Positions 55,222 through 63,211 of a DNA stretch of 64,000 nucleotides are shown here, one piece after another. Numbering within the stretch: the stretch's first letter is position 1; every line of letters starts with the position of its first letter. The notes under the pieces were generated by a model. The model ran no database searches. It saw nothing but the letters and a program-made list of their open reading frames with translations, and was not told the origin of the DNA. The position numbers and the translations under genes are program-made. The stretch covers positions 214,436 through 278,435 of IMG/VR virus record IMGVR_UViG_3300044641_009805; one strand, written 5' to 3'.

Positions 55222-55424
55222 AACCAGGATCTCTCATCGTAGTCCCTCCGCGTTCATACGTGAATTTCTACCCGGATCTTCGCTATGGAAACTCCACACG
55301 AATCACGGAAAACCAAGCCATGTTGGTACTTCCAGGTTATTCCGATGGTGGTTGGGTAAAGGTTCTCCTGGCGGATCAAAGAATCGGTTACATCTGTGCC
55401 ATCGGCATGAAGGAGGTTCAATAG
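55218..55424 (+). CDS. xGDLV-family small protein
   Basis: MKPGSLIVV...VKVLLADQRIGY. Confidence 0.78.
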   Translation: MKPGSLIVVPPRSYVNFYPDLRYGNSTRITENQAMLVLPGYSDGGWVKVLLADQRIGYICAIGMKEVQ

Positions 55425-55624
55425 TGAACCCACCATTCAACCCGGGTTCCATGGTGAAACTCACGAAGTACCGCACCTCACCCTACTACGATCAACCACT
55501 CCTCATCATCGATGTTGAATTCAAGTACACCATGTACTTCTGCCGGTGTCTCGTTCCAACAACAGCCATGGTTCACACCTTCGATTCCAAGGATCTCCAG
55601 GAAATTCACCCATGTATCCAGTAG
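55424..55624 (+). CDS. xGDLV-family small protein
   Basis: GTG overlapping TAG; FNPGSMVKL. Confidence 0.7.
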   Translation: MNPPFNPGSMVKLTKYRTSPYYDQPLLIIDVEFKYTMYFCRCLVPTTAMVHTFDSKDLQEIHPCIQ

Positions 55625-55821
55625 GAACCTTGATCAGGGTTTGTAACACCGGTGGTGCCATACCCTACATCGAAATCTTCAACAATCGAATCGATTCATC
55701 CCTGGTTATTCCCTATGGTTCACTCGGAATCATAACAGAACAACACTCATACCGTTCCCAGGTGGCATTTCCCAACGCCCACGGGTGGATCCCCAACGAA
55801 TTCCTTGAAATCATTCGGTGA
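55612..55821 (+). CDS. xGDLV-family small protein
   Basis: MYPVGTLIRV...AHGW. Confidence 0.75.
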   Translation: MYPVGTLIRVCNTGGAIPYIEIFNNRIDSSLVIPYGSLGIITEQHSYRSQVAFPNAHGWIPNEFLEIIR

Positions 55822-55846
55822 AAACCCACTAAAAATGTATTAGTAT
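55818..55846 (+). promoter_or_regulatory. Variant of the GTGNAA promoter
   Basis: GTGAAA-N17-TAGTAT-N8-ATG(55855). Confidence 0.6.
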
Positions 55847-55854
55847 ACAACACC

Positions 55855-56142
55855 ATGGCCATCTATCGAGTCTCATTCCTCACCGATCTCCTGGTGGAAT
55901 GTGAAAATGAAAAAGAAGCCGAGATGATCGGATTCAAACACCTCACCGATGAGGTTGATAACCGAGGATCCGAGGTTTTCTCAATCAAACTCCTAGAATC
56001 TCCGGATCAGGTTCGCAGGTGGGAAAGAGGTTCCTTACCATGGAGGGATACCCAACGAGATCTCCGCGGTGAACGTGAAAAACCTGTGGAACAAATCCTC
56101 AGAGAGGCACAAAATGGCAATCTACCAAAAACACCAGGTTGA
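55855..56142 (+). CDS. Hypothetical protein, paralog of 59600-59842
   Basis: YRVSF...ERGSLPWR. Confidence 0.78.
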   Translation: MAIYRVSFLTDLLVECENEKEAEMIGFKHLTDEVDNRGSEVFSIKLLESPDQVRRWERGSLPWRDTQRDLRGEREKPVEQILREAQNGNLPKTPG

Positions 56143-56398
56143 AACATGGATACCCCTGGATGAACACCTAAAAAATCCCGTTAATTTCCCTAGAGGAATT
56201 ACCTCAGGATTTTTGGTGGTATTTACTCCACCTCCCCAGGATGAAAGGTTGTACCCACTTCGCCCCGGAAATCCAATACTTTTCCTAGGTGAAATCCCAG
56301 GGATGAAGGGCCATGGGATCTTCGTGGGGAACGATGGATTGGTTCGATTCGGGTATCACACCCATGATTTTCGGGTTATTCCCATGGAGGAACTGTGA
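56114..56398 (+). CDS. Hypothetical protein, paralog of 59839-60117
   Basis: PLDEHLKNPVNFP.GITSGFLV, LFLGEIPGMKGHGIF. Confidence 0.8.
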   Translation: MAIYQKHQVETWIPLDEHLKNPVNFPRGITSGFLVVFTPPPQDERLYPLRPGNPILFLGEIPGMKGHGIFVGNDGLVRFGYHTHDFRVIPMEEL

Positions 56399-56631
56399 AA
56401 ATCGGTGATCTCTTTCGCAGGAATCGATACCAAACAACCGGTGTATCAATCTTCAGGGAAAACTCCACCCTGGACTTCGATTGGATCGCGTTGGTTCTCA
56501 AAATAACTCCACCGTCCTACTCCACAACCCACTACACCACCATCGAGGCCCTCGTTACACCCGATAACCTGGTGATGAGGGCACTCCTCTTGAATGATGA
56601 GATGGAAGAAATTCTCGAGGTTCTCAGGTGA
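56395..56631 (+). CDS. xGDLV-family small protein
   Basis: MKIGDLFRR; GTGA coupling. Confidence 0.75.
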   Translation: MKIGDLFRRNRYQTTGVSIFRENSTLDFDWIALVLKITPPSYSTTHYTTIEALVTPDNLVMRALLLNDEMEEILEVLR

Positions 56632-56867
56632 AAATCGGTTCTTTGATTCGAAACAAACCCACCTCTCCCGGTGAATATCAACACCAACTATTCGATAACG
56701 TTTGTGGTGATTGGTTCGGAATCGTAATCGATTTCATCCCCAAGCACCGTGGTTCCAAGTACAACCAACTCAAGGTTCTCTTCACCTCCCACGGTGGTGT
56801 GATTGGAAAATCCTGGTTGATGGATGGTGAAATCTCGGATGACATAGAGGTTCTCAGTGAAACCTGA
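56628..56867 (+). CDS. xGDLV-family small protein
   Basis: MKIGSLIRN...LKVLFTSHGG. Confidence 0.75.
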   Translation: MKIGSLIRNKPTSPGEYQHQLFDNVCGDWFGIVIDFIPKHRGSKYNQLKVLFTSHGGVIGKSWLMDGEISDDIEVLSET

Positions 56868-57063
56868 TCCACTTCCCATCGGAACACTTCTCCTACCCAA
56901 CGATTACCAGGTTCGCAACGGAAATCCAACATCAGGATTGATTCTCGAGGTTCTCATCGATGAGAGGTGGAACACGGTTAACTACCTCGTTCACCTATCC
57001 AATGGAATCACCCGTAGAATTGGTGATGATGTTATCCGCGATTTGTTCGAGGTGGTGTTGTGA
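56857..57063 (+). CDS. xGDLV-family small protein
   Basis: LPIGTLLL...SGLILEV. Confidence 0.72.
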   Translation: MKPDPLPIGTLLLPNDYQVRNGNPTSGLILEVLIDERWNTVNYLVHLSNGITRRIGDDVIRDLFEVVL

Positions 57064-57236
57064 AGAGGGGAGATCTGATACGATTTCACATCAATGGTGA
57101 GTTTCCCAACGAAACCCTCGCGGTTATCATCTCCCAGGAAACCAACGGGTGGTTCGATATCATGTGGGCCCACAACGGAACCACATCACGATTCTCTGTT
57201 GATTTCATCTCTCGGATGTTCGAGGTGGTTCATTGA
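57060..57236 (+). CDS. xGDLV-family small protein (58 aa, below ORF-track cutoff)
   Basis: MKRGDLIRF...MFEVVH; GTGA coupling. Confidence 0.72.
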   Translation: MKRGDLIRFHINGEFPNETLAVIISQETNGWFDIMWAHNGTTSRFSVDFISRMFEVVH

Positions 57237-57406
57237 GCCCCGGTGATCTCGTTATTTTCTACGAAGATCCCAACCTTGTTCTCGAGGTACACAAACACCT
57301 CAACATTGTTATCCTCTTCAACCCCAGGCTCCAAACCATGGATCGTTGGGGATACAATTGGATCAGTAAAAACTTCACCGTGGTGAAAAACCCACATTCC
57401 ACATGA
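57233..57406 (+). CDS. xGDLV-family small protein (57 aa, below cutoff)
   Basis: MSPGDLVIF; TTGA coupling. Confidence 0.7.
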   Translation: MSPGDLVIFYEDPNLVLEVHKHLNIVILFNPRLQTMDRWGYNWISKNFTVVKNPHST

Positions 57407-57412
57407 TACCAT
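57383..57412 (+). promoter_or_regulatory. GTGNAA-N18-TANNNT promoter, leaderless
   Basis: GTGAAA-N18-TACCAT-N6-ATG(57419). Confidence 0.8.
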
Positions 57413-57418
57413 ATAACC

Positions 57419-57592
57419 ATGGTTCCTGGTTCCCTTCTCATCTCAATCGAACCTCACCACCATGTTCCACCCGGTATCGCCCTTCTCCTCTCCGAATCCC
57501 CCACCGGAGCATGTGAAATCATGTGGAACAATGGAACCACCTCCATCTACTCCTACTTCTTCCTCAAAAGGAACTTCAAGGTTCTCCAATGA
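57419..57592 (+). CDS. xGDLV-family small protein (57 aa, below cutoff)
   Basis: MVPGSLLI...FKVLQ. Confidence 0.75.
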   Translation: MVPGSLLISIEPHHHVPPGIALLLSESPTGACEIMWNNGTTSIYSYFFLKRNFKVLQ

Positions 57593-57795
57593 AACCCGGT
57601 GATCTGGTTCAAACCAAATACAACATGCACTTCTTCTCCACCGCATCTCGGGTAAACGATCAACTCCCCGATGAACTACTTCACAAAGGAACCACCGGGA
57701 TCATCATCTCTCCTCCCAACGGAACCTGGATCAGGTGGATGGTTAATGGTAGGATTGGTTGGGGAAACTGGAACATGATGGAGGTTCTCCAATGA
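57589..57795 (+). CDS. xGDLV-family small protein
   Basis: MKPGDLVQT...NGRIGW. Confidence 0.8.
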   Translation: MKPGDLVQTKYNMHFFSTASRVNDQLPDELLHKGTTGIIISPPNGTWIRWMVNGRIGWGNWNMMEVLQ

Positions 57796-57980
57796 AACCC
57801 GGTGATCTTCTCTTCATCAAACCTGGTACCCAGGTTCCACCCAACGGCAGGTATTCCCGTGGAATCATTCTGGATTCTCCATCCTCCCACGGTCTCATCA
57901 CCGTTGGGTGGCACGATGGGAAGATCAACAGTGAGATCATCACCAACATCAACCAGTACTACACGGTGATTCCCCAATGA
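57792..57980 (+). CDS. xGDLV-family small protein
   Basis: MKPGDLLFI. Confidence 0.78.
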   Translation: MKPGDLLFIKPGTQVPPNGRYSRGIILDSPSSHGLITVGWHDGKINSEIITNINQYYTVIPQ

Positions 57981-58213
57981 AAAACCTCAACAAAGGTGAT
58001 CTCATAATCATCTGTGCTCCTAGCCACTCCTACCCCAACTCCTGGGTTCGAGGCCAGGATCCACACCGATACTCCGTGGATACTCCGGTGATCTACCTCT
58101 CCGAATTCAAGGAGAAGCACGGAGGTAATAACCCTCGGGTCTTCTTCAACGTTCTCACCCCGGATGGGGAACACAACATCTTCTCCGGGTACTGCAAGGA
58201 GGTTCCACAGTGA
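57977..58213 (+). CDS. xGDLV-family small protein
   Basis: LNKGDLII...FNVLTPDG. Confidence 0.78.
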   Translation: MKNLNKGDLIIICAPSHSYPNSWVRGQDPHRYSVDTPVIYLSEFKEKHGGNNPRVFFNVLTPDGEHNIFSGYCKEVPQ

Positions 58214-58302
58214 TCTTCGGTGTGTTTGGAACCCTTGGGCTCATCCTACTCGCATCGGTACTCATCACGGTGGTGGTATACGGATCCTCCAGGGATGATT
58301 AA
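58210..58302 (+). CDS. 30 aa single-TM peptide
   Basis: MIFGVFGTLGLILLASVLITVVVYGSSRDD; GTGA coupling fills the gap. Confidence 0.55.
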   Translation: MIFGVFGTLGLILLASVLITVVVYGSSRDD

Positions 58303-58304
58303 CG

Positions 58305-58493
58305 GTGAAACCCGGTTCACTCGTTGGTTGGAAATCCCGATTCCAAATGGATCTTCCCGGTGATGTTGGGATCATCCTCGAACACATCCCCTATGAATTC
58401 CGTGGAAATGATCCGTTCCCCCACTGGAAGGTATTGTTTCCAGAACGTGGAGTTCTTCACTGCCGAGAATCGGATCTCCAGGAGGTTGAGTGA
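58305..58493 (+). CDS. xGDLV-family small protein
   Basis: MKPGSLVGW...WKVLFPERG. Confidence 0.78.
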   Translation: MKPGSLVGWKSRFQMDLPGDVGIILEHIPYEFRGNDPFPHWKVLFPERGVLHCRESDLQEVE

Positions 58494-58696
58494 GAGTTGG
58501 TGATCTCGTTCTCTACTACAACTCCGATAGGATTCCCCTCCCCCTCCTCGGAATCATTCTCCAAGAAAAGTTCTTGGATCTCCAAGAACTCAACCTCATC
58601 ACGGTGGATCATCGTTTGTTCTCGGTTCTACTGAGCAACGGATCCGAGAAAATCATACCGGATTCCTACCTCAGGCACCTCAACGAAGTGGAGTGA
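58490..58696 (+). CDS. xGDLV-family small protein
   Basis: MRVGDLVLY...SVLLSNG. Confidence 0.78.
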   Translation: MRVGDLVLYYNSDRIPLPLLGIILQEKFLDLQELNLITVDHRLFSVLLSNGSEKIIPDSYLRHLNEVE

Positions 58697-58722
58697 AAAT
58701 CCCCACCTCGATAGGATAGGAT
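58693..58722 (+). promoter_or_regulatory. GTGNAA-N18-TANNNT promoter, leaderless
   Basis: GTGAAA-N18-TAGGAT-N6-ATG(58729). Confidence 0.82.
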
Positions 58723-58728
58723 AACATC

Positions 58729-59229
58729 ATGGCAACGAAGAAATCCTCCAGTTCCACCAAGAAATCCACCGAGAAAAAGAACTTCGTGTTGAAGTTCCAC
58801 ACATCCCTCGATGGAGAGAATAACTCCTGGGATTCACCTATGTTCTACAGTGAATCCGGGCAAGGTTGGGTGGCCGATATCGGAAGTGCAACTCGATATT
58901 CCGAGAGCGGTGCGGATGGGATCATCCTGGAACTTCTCAAGGTGGAAAAGATCGCATCCGAGTTGATCGATGTGAACGAGAAACCGGATAACCTCTTCTC
59001 ACTTCACACGGTGTTCCTCAATGTGAACAACATCCCGCAGATCATCAACAAGGTTCCCCAGTTCATCGGTGATACCTACCACCTCATTCCCTCCCACGAG
59101 AACTGGAGTGAGGAGGATCTGGTGGATATGTTGAAGGAGGATCGTTTCACGGTTCTATGGGATCCGGTTGGAAGTTTTGTTCCTGAGGATAACGAGAGTT
59201 GGTTGAATGGTTTGATGGGTAAATCATGA
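58729..59229 (+). CDS. Hypothetical protein
   Basis: 166 aa ORF behind promoter. Confidence 0.8.
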   Translation: MATKKSSSSTKKSTEKKNFVLKFHTSLDGENNSWDSPMFYSESGQGWVADIGSATRYSESGADGIILELLKVEKIASELIDVNEKPDNLFSLHTVFLNVNNIPQIINKVPQFIGDTYHLIPSHENWSEEDLVDMLKEDRFTVLWDPVGSFVPEDNESWLNGLMGKS

Positions 59230-59408
59230 AGAAATCAGGAATGAGGGATGAACTACTTCAGGTTTGCATGGATTTCATCCGTGAGAATGGTATCAGTTGT
59301 TCCGAGGTTATCTACCAATCGGATCGGATCATCCTAAACTCCCAGGATTTCATCAAGAGGATCTGTGATGTGGTAGGTTACTATGAAGTGGAGGAGGATG
59401 AGAAGTGA
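59226..59408 (+). CDS. Hypothetical protein
   Basis: 60 aa; ATGA coupling. Confidence 0.7.
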   Translation: MKKSGMRDELLQVCMDFIRENGISCSEVIYQSDRIILNSQDFIKRICDVVGYYEVEEDEK

Positions 59409-59590
59409 ACCTCCCTCGAATTCGAAGTGGATTTCGTTTGTTGTTGAGAAGTTCCACCGGGTTCTTCACCTCCTTCCCCAACTGGAACCTGATGGGTATC
59501 AGGGCCCGGCAGGTTGGAATATGTTTACGTGCCATTCGAAGTGGATTTTTTGATGAACCTCCGGTGAAAAACCCAACCGGTGGAGGATAG
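59405..59590 (+). CDS. Possible basic hypothetical protein
   Basis: GTGA coupling; IRSGF occurs twice. Confidence 0.45.
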   Translation: MNLPRIRSGFRLLLRSSTGFFTSFPNWNLMGIRARQVGICLRAIRSGFFDEPPVKNPTGGG

Positions 59591-59593
59591 TAT
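59564..59593 (+). promoter_or_regulatory. GTGNAA-N18-TANNNT promoter, leaderless
   Basis: GTGAAA-N18-TAGTAT-N6-ATG(59600). Confidence 0.82.
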
Positions 59594-59599
59594 TGAATC

Positions 59600-59842
59600 A
59601 TGTTGTACCGAGTAACATTTCACACCGAGATCCTTGTGGATTGTGTTGATCCTCACGAGGCCGAGAGTATCGGTTTCCGGAACCTATCCGAGGAGATTCG
59701 AGGTTCATCGGTGTACAAGGTTGAGAAGATCGATTCGGTGGATCAACTTCACCGGGAGGAACGTGGATCCTTACCATGGAGATCCACCGAGAGGCACCTT
59801 GAACCTGAACTTCGGGTAGAGGAAATCCTAGGAGGAAAGTGA
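59600..59842 (+). CDS. Hypothetical protein, paralog of 55855-56142
   Basis: YRVTF...ERGSLPWR. Confidence 0.78.
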   Translation: MLYRVTFHTEILVDCVDPHEAESIGFRNLSEEIRGSSVYKVEKIDSVDQLHREERGSLPWRSTERHLEPELRVEEILGGK

Positions 59843-60117
59843 ACATGACCTACCAACGTGAACAATTTGAAGGTTGGTTACCACTGGATGAACACCTAAA
59901 AAATCCTGTTAATTTCCCGGTTGGAATAACCTCCGGATTTCTTGTGATTTATTCTGCCCCACCTGGAAATGGGATGTGGAAAACAGGAGATCCGGTGTTA
60001 TTCCTTGGAGAAATTCCAGGTATGAAGGGCCATGGGATATTTTCCGGGATGGATGGTGTGGTTCGTTGGGGATCCCATACATTTGATTTTCGGGTGATTC
60101 CGGAGGAGGAACTATAG
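59839..60117 (+). CDS. Hypothetical protein, paralog of 56114-56398
   Basis: PLDEHLKNPVNFPVGITSGFLV, LFLGEIPGMKGHGIF. Confidence 0.8.
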   Translation: MNMTYQREQFEGWLPLDEHLKNPVNFPVGITSGFLVIYSAPPGNGMWKTGDPVLFLGEIPGMKGHGIFSGMDGVVRWGSHTFDFRVIPEEEL

Positions 60118-60119
60118 AG

Positions 60120-60500
60120 ATGGGTACAAATTATTACCTTAGAAAAGAATCACCTTCCAAATGTGTAACCTGTAAACACGATCCGGAGGAGGAGGTTCTT
60201 CACATCGGAAAATCCTCCTTCGGTTGGTGTTTCTCCCTACACATCATCCCCGAGATGGGTATCAATTCCCTGGAGGATTGGATCACCGAGTGGGGTAAAC
60301 CCAATACCAAAATCCTAAACGAATACGATGAGGAGGTTCTCCCCGAGGATATGATCAAAATCATCACCACTCGAGGCCCAGGGAGGTGGTGCCCGGAGGG
60401 AATGGAACTTCAACGCCATGCTCCATACCACAAGGAAAATCCAGGAACGGTTCGTGAGGGGCCAGGCTCCTATGATTTAATTCTCGGCGATTTTAGCTAG
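60120..60500 (+). CDS. Conserved phage hypothetical protein
   Basis: MGTNYYL...HIGKSSFGWCFSLH. Confidence 0.78.
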   Translation: MGTNYYLRKESPSKCVTCKHDPEEEVLHIGKSSFGWCFSLHIIPEMGINSLEDWITEWGKPNTKILNEYDEEVLPEDMIKIITTRGPGRWCPEGMELQRHAPYHKENPGTVREGPGSYDLILGDFS

Positions 60501-60501
60501 T

Positions 60502-61293
60502 TTAAACTTCCTGTTGGAGTTTTTTTAATTTTTTCTTTTCCCACCCTAATCTCTGCTTTTCTTTCATCATTGCCCTGAACTCAGGATCATCCCACCTTTT
60601 CTTTCTGGATTCAATAACCTTGAATCGATATTCAGGATCCTCCCACATCTTCTTGCTAGATTCACTCATCTTTTCTCTGTATTCAGGATCTTCCCATACT
60701 TTCTTCATGGTTTCAGAAATCTTTTCTTGGTATTCAGGATCTTCCTTAAATTTCTTTTGAGTTTCACGCATTTTTTCTTTGAACTCAGGATCCTCCCACA
60801 TCTTTTTTCTAGATTCACTAATTTTGGATTGATATTCAGGATCCTCCCACATCTTTTTACTATTCTCACTCATCTTTTCTCTATGCTCAGGATTCTCCCA
60901 CATTTTCTTACTTATTTCCTGAAGTTTTTTTCTTTCTTCAGGATCTTCACACCTTTTTTTATGTGATTCACTCATCTTTTCTTTATGTACATCCGCATGT
61001 TTGTAACCTGAGCTACCTTCCCCTCCAACGGTAAGATTTGCTCCACCATTTCCATGGTGAACATATGTTTGAAGTTCCTGAATGAGTTGTATCTCTTTAT
61101 CTAGAGATTCCTGTTCGTTATAGGTTTCAAACACAACTTCTCTAATGATCCCATGTTTCTTTTTAATGTTGGTGTGAAGAAGATTTCTTTCTAGATCTTT
61201 AATCCTCTTCGTTATTCCCTTCCCAACATAAAATGGTTTCCCATCATCCTTCCGATAATCAACATACACGAAGAATTTCTTCTCAGTTTCCAT
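60502..61293 (-). CDS. GIY-YIG endonuclease with NUMOD3-like repeat tail
   Basis: FVYVDY..FYVGKG...R..E..N; followed by helical repeats. Confidence 0.85.
   Translation of the reverse strand: METEKKFFVYVDYRKDDGKPFYVGKGITKRIKDLERNLLHTNIKKKHGIIREVVFETYNEQESLDKEIQLIQELQTYVHHGNGGANLTVGGEGSSGYKHADVHKEKMSESHKKRCEDPEERKKLQEISKKMWENPEHREKMSENSKKMWEDPEYQSKISESRKKMWEDPEFKEKMRETQKKFKEDPEYQEKISETMKKVWEDPEYREKMSESSKKMWEDPEYRFKVIESRKKRWDDPEFRAMMKEKQRLGWEKKKLKKLQQEV
60555..60985 (-). repeat. Eight 17 aa (51 bp) tandem repeats; coordinates approximate
   Basis: SExxKKMWEDPEYREKM consensus. Confidence 0.85.
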
Positions 61294-61298
61294 ACCAA

Positions 61299-61306
61299 TA
61301 AATATA
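61299..61306 (-). promoter_or_regulatory. TATANTTA box
   Basis: TATATTTA-N5-ATG(61293). Confidence 0.5.
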
Positions 61307-61328
61307 CTCTAAATACCTAAAAAGGTAA

Positions 61329-61346
61329 CAAAAACCATGGTTTTTG
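61329..61346. promoter_or_regulatory. 18 bp perfect palindrome between divergent promoters
   Basis: CAAAAACCATGGTTTTTG. Confidence 0.45.
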
Positions 61347-61355
61347 ATAGGTTTT

Positions 61356-61385
61356 GTGTAAATTTAAGGGATCATAGAGTAGGAT
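61356..61385 (+). promoter_or_regulatory. GTGNAA-N18-TANNNT promoter, leaderless
   Basis: GTGTAA-N18-TAGGAT-N7-ATG(61393). Confidence 0.75.
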
Positions 61386-61392
61386 AAAATTT

Positions 61393-61569
61393 ATGAAATT
61401 TAAGATTTTTGGCATGGTTCTATGGAAGGAAAAACCTGGAGTTATTTCTTCCGGTTCCTCATGGTGCCTTGTGTATGGTGGGTGTTACCTACACGTTTGT
61501 GATTCCCTCCCACAACTCCTACTGGAACTCATCACCGAGTTCAGGAGCGAAAAACACATGGTGGGGTAA
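61393..61569 (+). CDS. 58 aa hypothetical protein (preferred over the 61409 frame)
   Basis: MKFKIFGMVLWKEKPG...; starts exactly at the promoter-predicted ATG. Confidence 0.65.
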   Translation: MKFKIFGMVLWKEKPGVISSGSSWCLVYGGCYLHVCDSLPQLLLELITEFRSEKHMVG

Positions 61570-61571
61570 CC

Positions 61572-61601
61572 GTGAAATTCCCCACCGCGGGATGATATAC
61601 T
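61572..61601 (+). promoter_or_regulatory. GTGNAA-N18-TANNNT promoter, leaderless
   Basis: GTGAAA-N18-TATACT-N6-ATG(61608). Confidence 0.82.
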
Positions 61602-61607
61602 TGAAAC

Positions 61608-61826
61608 ATGCTTCCCGGTAATCTTGTCAAAAACCTGTGCTTCACCCACCTCTATTCCACGGTGAAACAGGTTCACAGAGGACTTCCGGAGGATGTGATT
61701 CCAATCGATTCTCTACTCACCATTCTCACCCCACCCAACGGAACACTGATCAAGGTACTGTACCGTGGGAAGATTGGATGGGTAAACACTAACTTCCTGG
61801 AGGCAATCTACAATGAAACCCGGTGA
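61608..61826 (+). CDS. xGDLV-family small protein
   Basis: MLPGNLVK...IKVLYRGKIGW. Confidence 0.8.
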   Translation: MLPGNLVKNLCFTHLYSTVKQVHRGLPEDVIPIDSLLTILTPPNGTLIKVLYRGKIGWVNTNFLEAIYNETR

Positions 61827-62007
61827 TTTGATTGAGTTCCGCAAATGGGGTTCCGGAACCTCCATGTGGCACACCTACATCGGAATGGTACTGGAAACTC
61901 CAATCATCTTCAACCACGAACACTGGTGTACCATTCTTCACAACGGTGAGGTTCGAAAGGAAATGGTAACACCCAACTGGTATGTTTTAAGCAATGATCC
62001 CCGGTAA
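61813..62007 (+). CDS. xGDLV-family small protein
   Basis: MKPGDLIEF. Confidence 0.78.
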   Translation: MKPGDLIEFRKWGSGTSMWHTYIGMVLETPIIFNHEHWCTILHNGEVRKEMVTPNWYVLSNDPR

Positions 62008-62212
62008 AATATACCTCTCCGATTCCTGCACCGTTTGGAACTCCCCTTCCACACAATCCCCTGAAATCATGGTGGATCACCTGGAATACAACGAAATAGT
62101 TCTTCTGCTCTCCCTCCACGGAGATGAACTCCAGGTTTTAACACCCCGAGAAAAAATAGGTTGGATTTCCCCCCGATCCGATGGAAAGGCCCGATTACGT
62201 GAGAATCGGTGA
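61994..62212 (+). CDS. xGDLV-family small protein
   Basis: MIPGKIY...LQVLTPREKIGW. Confidence 0.75.
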   Translation: MIPGKIYLSDSCTVWNSPSTQSPEIMVDHLEYNEIVLLLSLHGDELQVLTPREKIGWISPRSDGKARLRENR

Positions 62213-62414
62213 TATTGTAACCAACAATTCCCCAGGAAGTTCCTCCAAGTTATTCTCATCCCCACTCGGATCGGTTCCTCCTGGAACCAGGAAATACCAC
62301 GGGCTTCTAACCGGAATCGGTTTGGTTGTTGATGTTCATCGTTCCGATGTTAAGGTTATCTGTGGTGAAAATATTGGTTGGTGTTATGTAGGAAACGTGA
62401 AGGTGGTGGAATGA
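62199..62414 (+). CDS. xGDLV-family small protein
   Basis: RIGDIVT...VKVICGENIGW. Confidence 0.75.
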   Translation: MRIGDIVTNNSPGSSSKLFSSPLGSVPPGTRKYHGLLTGIGLVVDVHRSDVKVICGENIGWCYVGNVKVVE

Positions 62415-62620
62415 AGGATATTCAACTCGGAGATCTGGTTTTTATCATCGGTTCCCTATACATTCACCCTCAAACCCCGGTAATCATCTCCGATATTTTC
62501 CAACCTCCTTATTCCTCCACACCATGGTACGTGGTTCTCAATCCACTCACCGGTGAGAAACTGGAATATCAGGAACACAACATCTCAACCACACCACCCA
62601 TCGGAACACTTCCCAAATGA
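62411..62620 (+). CDS. xGDLV-family small protein
   Basis: IQLGDLVFI; ATGA coupling. Confidence 0.78.
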   Translation: MKDIQLGDLVFIIGSLYIHPQTPVIISDIFQPPYSSTPWYVVLNPLTGEKLEYQEHNISTTPPIGTLPK

Positions 62621-62841
62621 TCCCCGGTGATCTTCTCCGTGCCCGGAGTAAAATCAGGGTTGGATTGGTTCGGATCTACACCGATGATCAATGTGATTCA
62701 TGGGAAACACACGTGAAAAAGGGTGAAACCTTCGTTCTACTGGATGAACACCAGAACTCATGGAAACAGGATGTTTGTAAGGTTCTATTTCCCCGTGGAG
62801 TTCGTTGGGTTTACCGGCTGGATGTGGAGGTGGTGGAGTGA
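62617..62841 (+). CDS. xGDLV-family small protein
   Basis: MIPGDLLRA...CKVLFPRG. Confidence 0.78.
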   Translation: MIPGDLLRARSKIRVGLVRIYTDDQCDSWETHVKKGETFVLLDEHQNSWKQDVCKVLFPRGVRWVYRLDVEVVE

Positions 62842-63023
62842 GAAACGATGATATCCTCAGTGTGAATCAGGTGGTACCTGGATCCCTGGTTCTTCACCGT
62901 TACAACCCTGAGATCGGTGTGGTTCTCCGCGTTTCCTGGAACATGGTTGAGATTCTACTCGGAAACTCCACCGTGAGGTGGGAGATGAATGGATTCAGGA
63001 ATATCTTTAGGAATCTCCAGTGA
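62838..63023 (+). CDS. xGDLV-family small protein
   Basis: VVPGSLVLH; GTGA coupling. Confidence 0.72.
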   Translation: MRNDDILSVNQVVPGSLVLHRYNPEIGVVLRVSWNMVEILLGNSTVRWEMNGFRNIFRNLQ

Positions 63024-63211
63024 AACGAGGAACCCTGGTTAGATTCAACGTTTACCCCTATTCCTCATGGGGATTGGGGATTCTCCTCGGTGAGAAACCG
63101 TTTGTGGATAGAGAAGGTAGGAATCACCGTGGATTTTATGATGTTTTAACCCAGTGTGGGGTTAAACTCGTTTCCGATGAGTTCTTCGAGAGGTTGAGCT
63201 GGGATGTTTAA
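63020..63211 (+). CDS. xGDLV-family small protein
   Basis: MKRGTLVRF...YDVLTQCG. Confidence 0.78.
   Translation: MKRGTLVRFNVYPYSSWGLGILLGEKPFVDREGRNHRGFYDVLTQCGVKLVSDEFFERLSWDV

Noticed and set aside
55082-55423. Long 180 aa ORF from 55082
   Set aside because: Its first part overlaps two better-supported family ORFs; only the segment from GTG 55424 looks real.
60555-60985. 51 bp periodic DNA as a CRISPR-like array
   Set aside because: Period is a multiple of three and encodes in-frame protein repeats; no unique spacers.
61409-61621. 70 aa ORF in the track
   Set aside because: Runs through the 61572 promoter; the 61393-61569 frame starts at the promoter-predicted ATG and stops just before the next promoter.
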